NCBI RefSeq assembly: GCF_004010195.1 | Contig: NC_057711.1 | Location: 139,035,949-139,099,948 of the forward strand | Source: Chiloscyllium plagiosum | Taxonomy: Eukaryota | DNA length: 64,000 nt | Direction: 5' to 3' | Shown here: one piece after another, positions 61,648 through 64,000 of the stretch | Layout of the letters: each line of letters begins with the position of its first letter | How positions within the stretch are numbered: position 1 is the stretch's first letter | Notes under the pieces: model-generated | Seen by the model: only the letters and a program-made list of their open reading frames with translations | Database searches by the model: none | Told to the model about the DNA's origin: nothing | Position numbers and translations under genes: made by a program

Positions 61648-62245
61648 GTCATAAATACAATAGCTACAAGAGCAGATCAGAGACTAGGAATACTGCAGCA
61701 AATACTCACTTCCTGACTCCACAAAGCCTGTCACCATCTACAAGGCACAAGTCTGGATGGGTGCAGCTCCAAGAACACTCAAGAAGCTTAACACCATCCA
61801 GGACAAAGCAGCCCACTTGATTGGCACCACATCCACAAAGATCCATTCCCTCCAACACCAATGCTCAGCAGAAGCAGTAGGGTATGCCATCTACAAGATG
61901 CACTGCAGAATTTCACCAAAGATCCTCAGGCAACACCTTCCAAACCCACGAACACTTCCTTGTAGAAGGATAAGAGCAGCAGATATATGGGAACACCACC
62001 ACTTTCAAGTTTCCCTCCAAACCACTCACTATCCTGACTTGGAAATATATTGCCATTGCTTCACTGTAACAGGGTCAAAATCTTGGAACTCCCTCCCTAA
62101 TGGCGTGTGGGTCAACCCACAGCAGGCGAACTGCAAAAATTCAAGAAGGCAACTGACAACTGCCTTCTCAAGGGCAACTAGGGATGGGCAATAAATGCTG
62201 GGCCCAGCCAATGATGCACATGTTCAATGACTGAATACAAAAATG
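61648..62245 (+). mobile_element. RTE-X-like LINE 3' end
   Basis: MGAAPRTLKKLNTIQDKAAHLIGT...; same family as 44290, opposite strand. Confidence 0.85.
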
Positions 62246-62789
62246 CTAAATATACATCTATCATCTCTCAGAGGTTGAAAAGCAGAAAAGGCATTGAATT
62301 ATAGGTTCATTTTGAAGTTGAAGTAAGTGTGAGCCTTAAGGGTTTTCTTGTTTCACCTTTATTAAACTCAGCATGAAGACACAAGCAGACTATGAACACA
62401 GTTGGATACGCTTCATAGGTGGCTGTCTTTAGAGTATTGTACTGAAAGTGAGACACCAGTCTGTATATCTTTTTGACTTTATCAAGCCTCTTTATTTTAA
62501 TTTATTGCCTTTCTCTTGCTGGATTATCTCATATCGAGATTCCTTTCCTTACTTTTCCTTAACATCAGGATATATCTTCCACCATGAGTGTCTTCCTATG
62601 TTTATCTAGCCTGTTTGAAAGTTTCCTTTACCGCATGTATTTCAACAGAATTTTCTTATGTCCACTTTAGTCATGTCCAAGGAATATCAGTTTCTTTCTA
62701 TAAGGACAAATCAAAAGATGAACAGATTTAAATTTTAGCTTTGGGCACTGTCAGTAATACATCTGCAAATTGGGCTTAAAATTACTCGT

Positions 62790-63330
62790 GTTTTGAAAAG
62801 TGATTTTTACCTTGTGTTGCTGATGAACCCCATTTGCATTTTGGCAATTGCACACTAATTGTCATGAATAGAGCAGTTAGGCAGAATTTTAAGATATGAG
62901 AACAGGGCCATCCTGAACCGTGGAATCTTACTTCAAACTGAGAACATTTTGAAACATCAGTATCATCACCAAGTCCCATTAATCCATCATGTCTGCTTGC
63001 TGGCCTGTATTGCCTTCCAGTCTGGCAGCAACTCATTTTAAAATTATCACCTTTGTTTTCAATTCCCTCCCCAGTTAGCTCATTCCCTATTACTGTCACT
63101 TTGCCCAATTTTATAAAGCTTCCTCCATTCAATTGCGACTGTGTGTGTCCTTTAATACGATTGCTTCATCATTGGTTGCTGTGCCTCATTTCTAAGCTCT
63201 GAAATTCCCTTCCTAAACATTTTTAACCTCCTGAGTCTCTCTCTCCCCCTTTAAGACACACTATAAGTCGTCTTTCACCAAGCTTTTGGTTTCCTGCCTG
63301 AATACCTCCATCAAATTCTGTGAATTACAG
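62790..63330 (+). mobile_element. Decayed L2-clade LINE 3' end
   Basis: Region 62975-63070 reads as a decayed PITP.LA.LHWLPV.QR..FKI..LVFKSL motif. Confidence 0.55.
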
Positions 63331-63374
63331 ATACTTTACTGAACTCAAAGTGGAATATAAATACAAGTGTTGCA

Positions 63375-64000
63375 GAAAGACAAAGGTTGAGAGTCTGAAG
63401 GGAGATTACAGAGAGGCAGAAATTTAAAAAGGATGTCCTCGAGTGTAGTAATATCTGGATTACTCCCAATGCTACGAGCTAGTAAGGGCAGGAATAGGAG
63501 GATAGAGCAGATGAATGCATGGCTGAGGAGCTGGTGTATGGGAGAAGGATTCACATTTTTGGATCATTGGAATCTCTTTTGGGGTAGAAGTGACCTCGTA
63601 CAAGAAGGACGGATTGCACCTAAATTGGAAGGGGTTTAATATACTGGCAAGGAGATTTGCTAGAGCTGCTTGGGAGGATTTAAACTAGTAAGGTGGGGGA
63701 GTGGGACCCAGGGCGATAGTGCGGAAAGGGATCAATCTGAGACTGGTACAGTTGAGAACAGAAGCCACTCAAACAATCAGGGACAAGGTAGGACTAATAA
63801 ATTAAACTGCATTTACTTCAATGCAAGGGCCTTACAGGGAAGGCAGATGAACTCAGGGCATGGTTAGGAACATGGGACTGGGATATCATAGCAATTACGG
63901 AAACATGGCTCAGGGATGGGCAGGACTGGCAGCTTAATGTTCCAGGATACAAATGCTACAGGAAGGATAGAAAGGGAGGCAAGTGAGGAGGGGGAGTGGC
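63375..64000 (+). mobile_element. CR1/HER1 LINE: ORF1 esterase C-terminus and ORF2 APE start, runs off the window
   Basis: VVISGLLP...QMNAWLRSWC..EGFTFLDHW...DGLHLNW (SGNH esterase-type ORF1); 63781 onward is nearly identical to 5742 onward. Confidence 0.92.

Noticed and set aside
52385-64000. Next TMOD1 exon (expected to begin AILGMHTLM...)
   Set aside because: No matching phase-1 exon found by eye; it presumably lies beyond the window.

Overview
Eukaryotic (vertebrate) genomic DNA. The repeat content (HE1-type V-SINEs, HER1/CR1 LINEs, Deu-domain SINEs, Penelope-like elements) points to a cartilaginous fish, most likely a shark; this is inference. The only host coding sequence I can support is three + strand exons of a tropomodulin gene, best matching TMOD1 (21463-21588, 41380-41536, 52265-52384). 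They have canonical AG/GT borders and compatible phases. The gene continues past the right edge, and its first non-coding exon was not found. Most of the rest is intron filled with decayed transposons: CR1, an RTE-X-like LINE, L2, Rex/Babar, Tx1/L1, Gypsy remnants and solo LTRs, SINEs and a possible Harbinger remnant. There is also a 264-N assembly gap. Nearly all ORFs in the supplied track are repeat fragments or noise. Three signals stand out. (1) Three families of short Penelope pseudo-LTR elements, mostly inserted as fold-back palindromes with 9-15 bp target-site duplications, carry a minimal hammerhead-ribozyme core (CUGANGA-A-stem II-GAAA-NN-UH) whose stem II covaries between families. 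(2) A ~2 kb composite insertion (57916-59893) splits a CR1 with a 17-bp TSD and consists of two same-strand hammerhead-bearing pLTR pieces around CpG-rich captured DNA, a retrozyme- or transduction-like layout. (3) A cluster of MCAT, E-box and MEF2 motifs lies ~1.5-1.8 kb upstream of the first coding exon. Repeat boundaries were judged by eye and are approximate unless a TSD is given.
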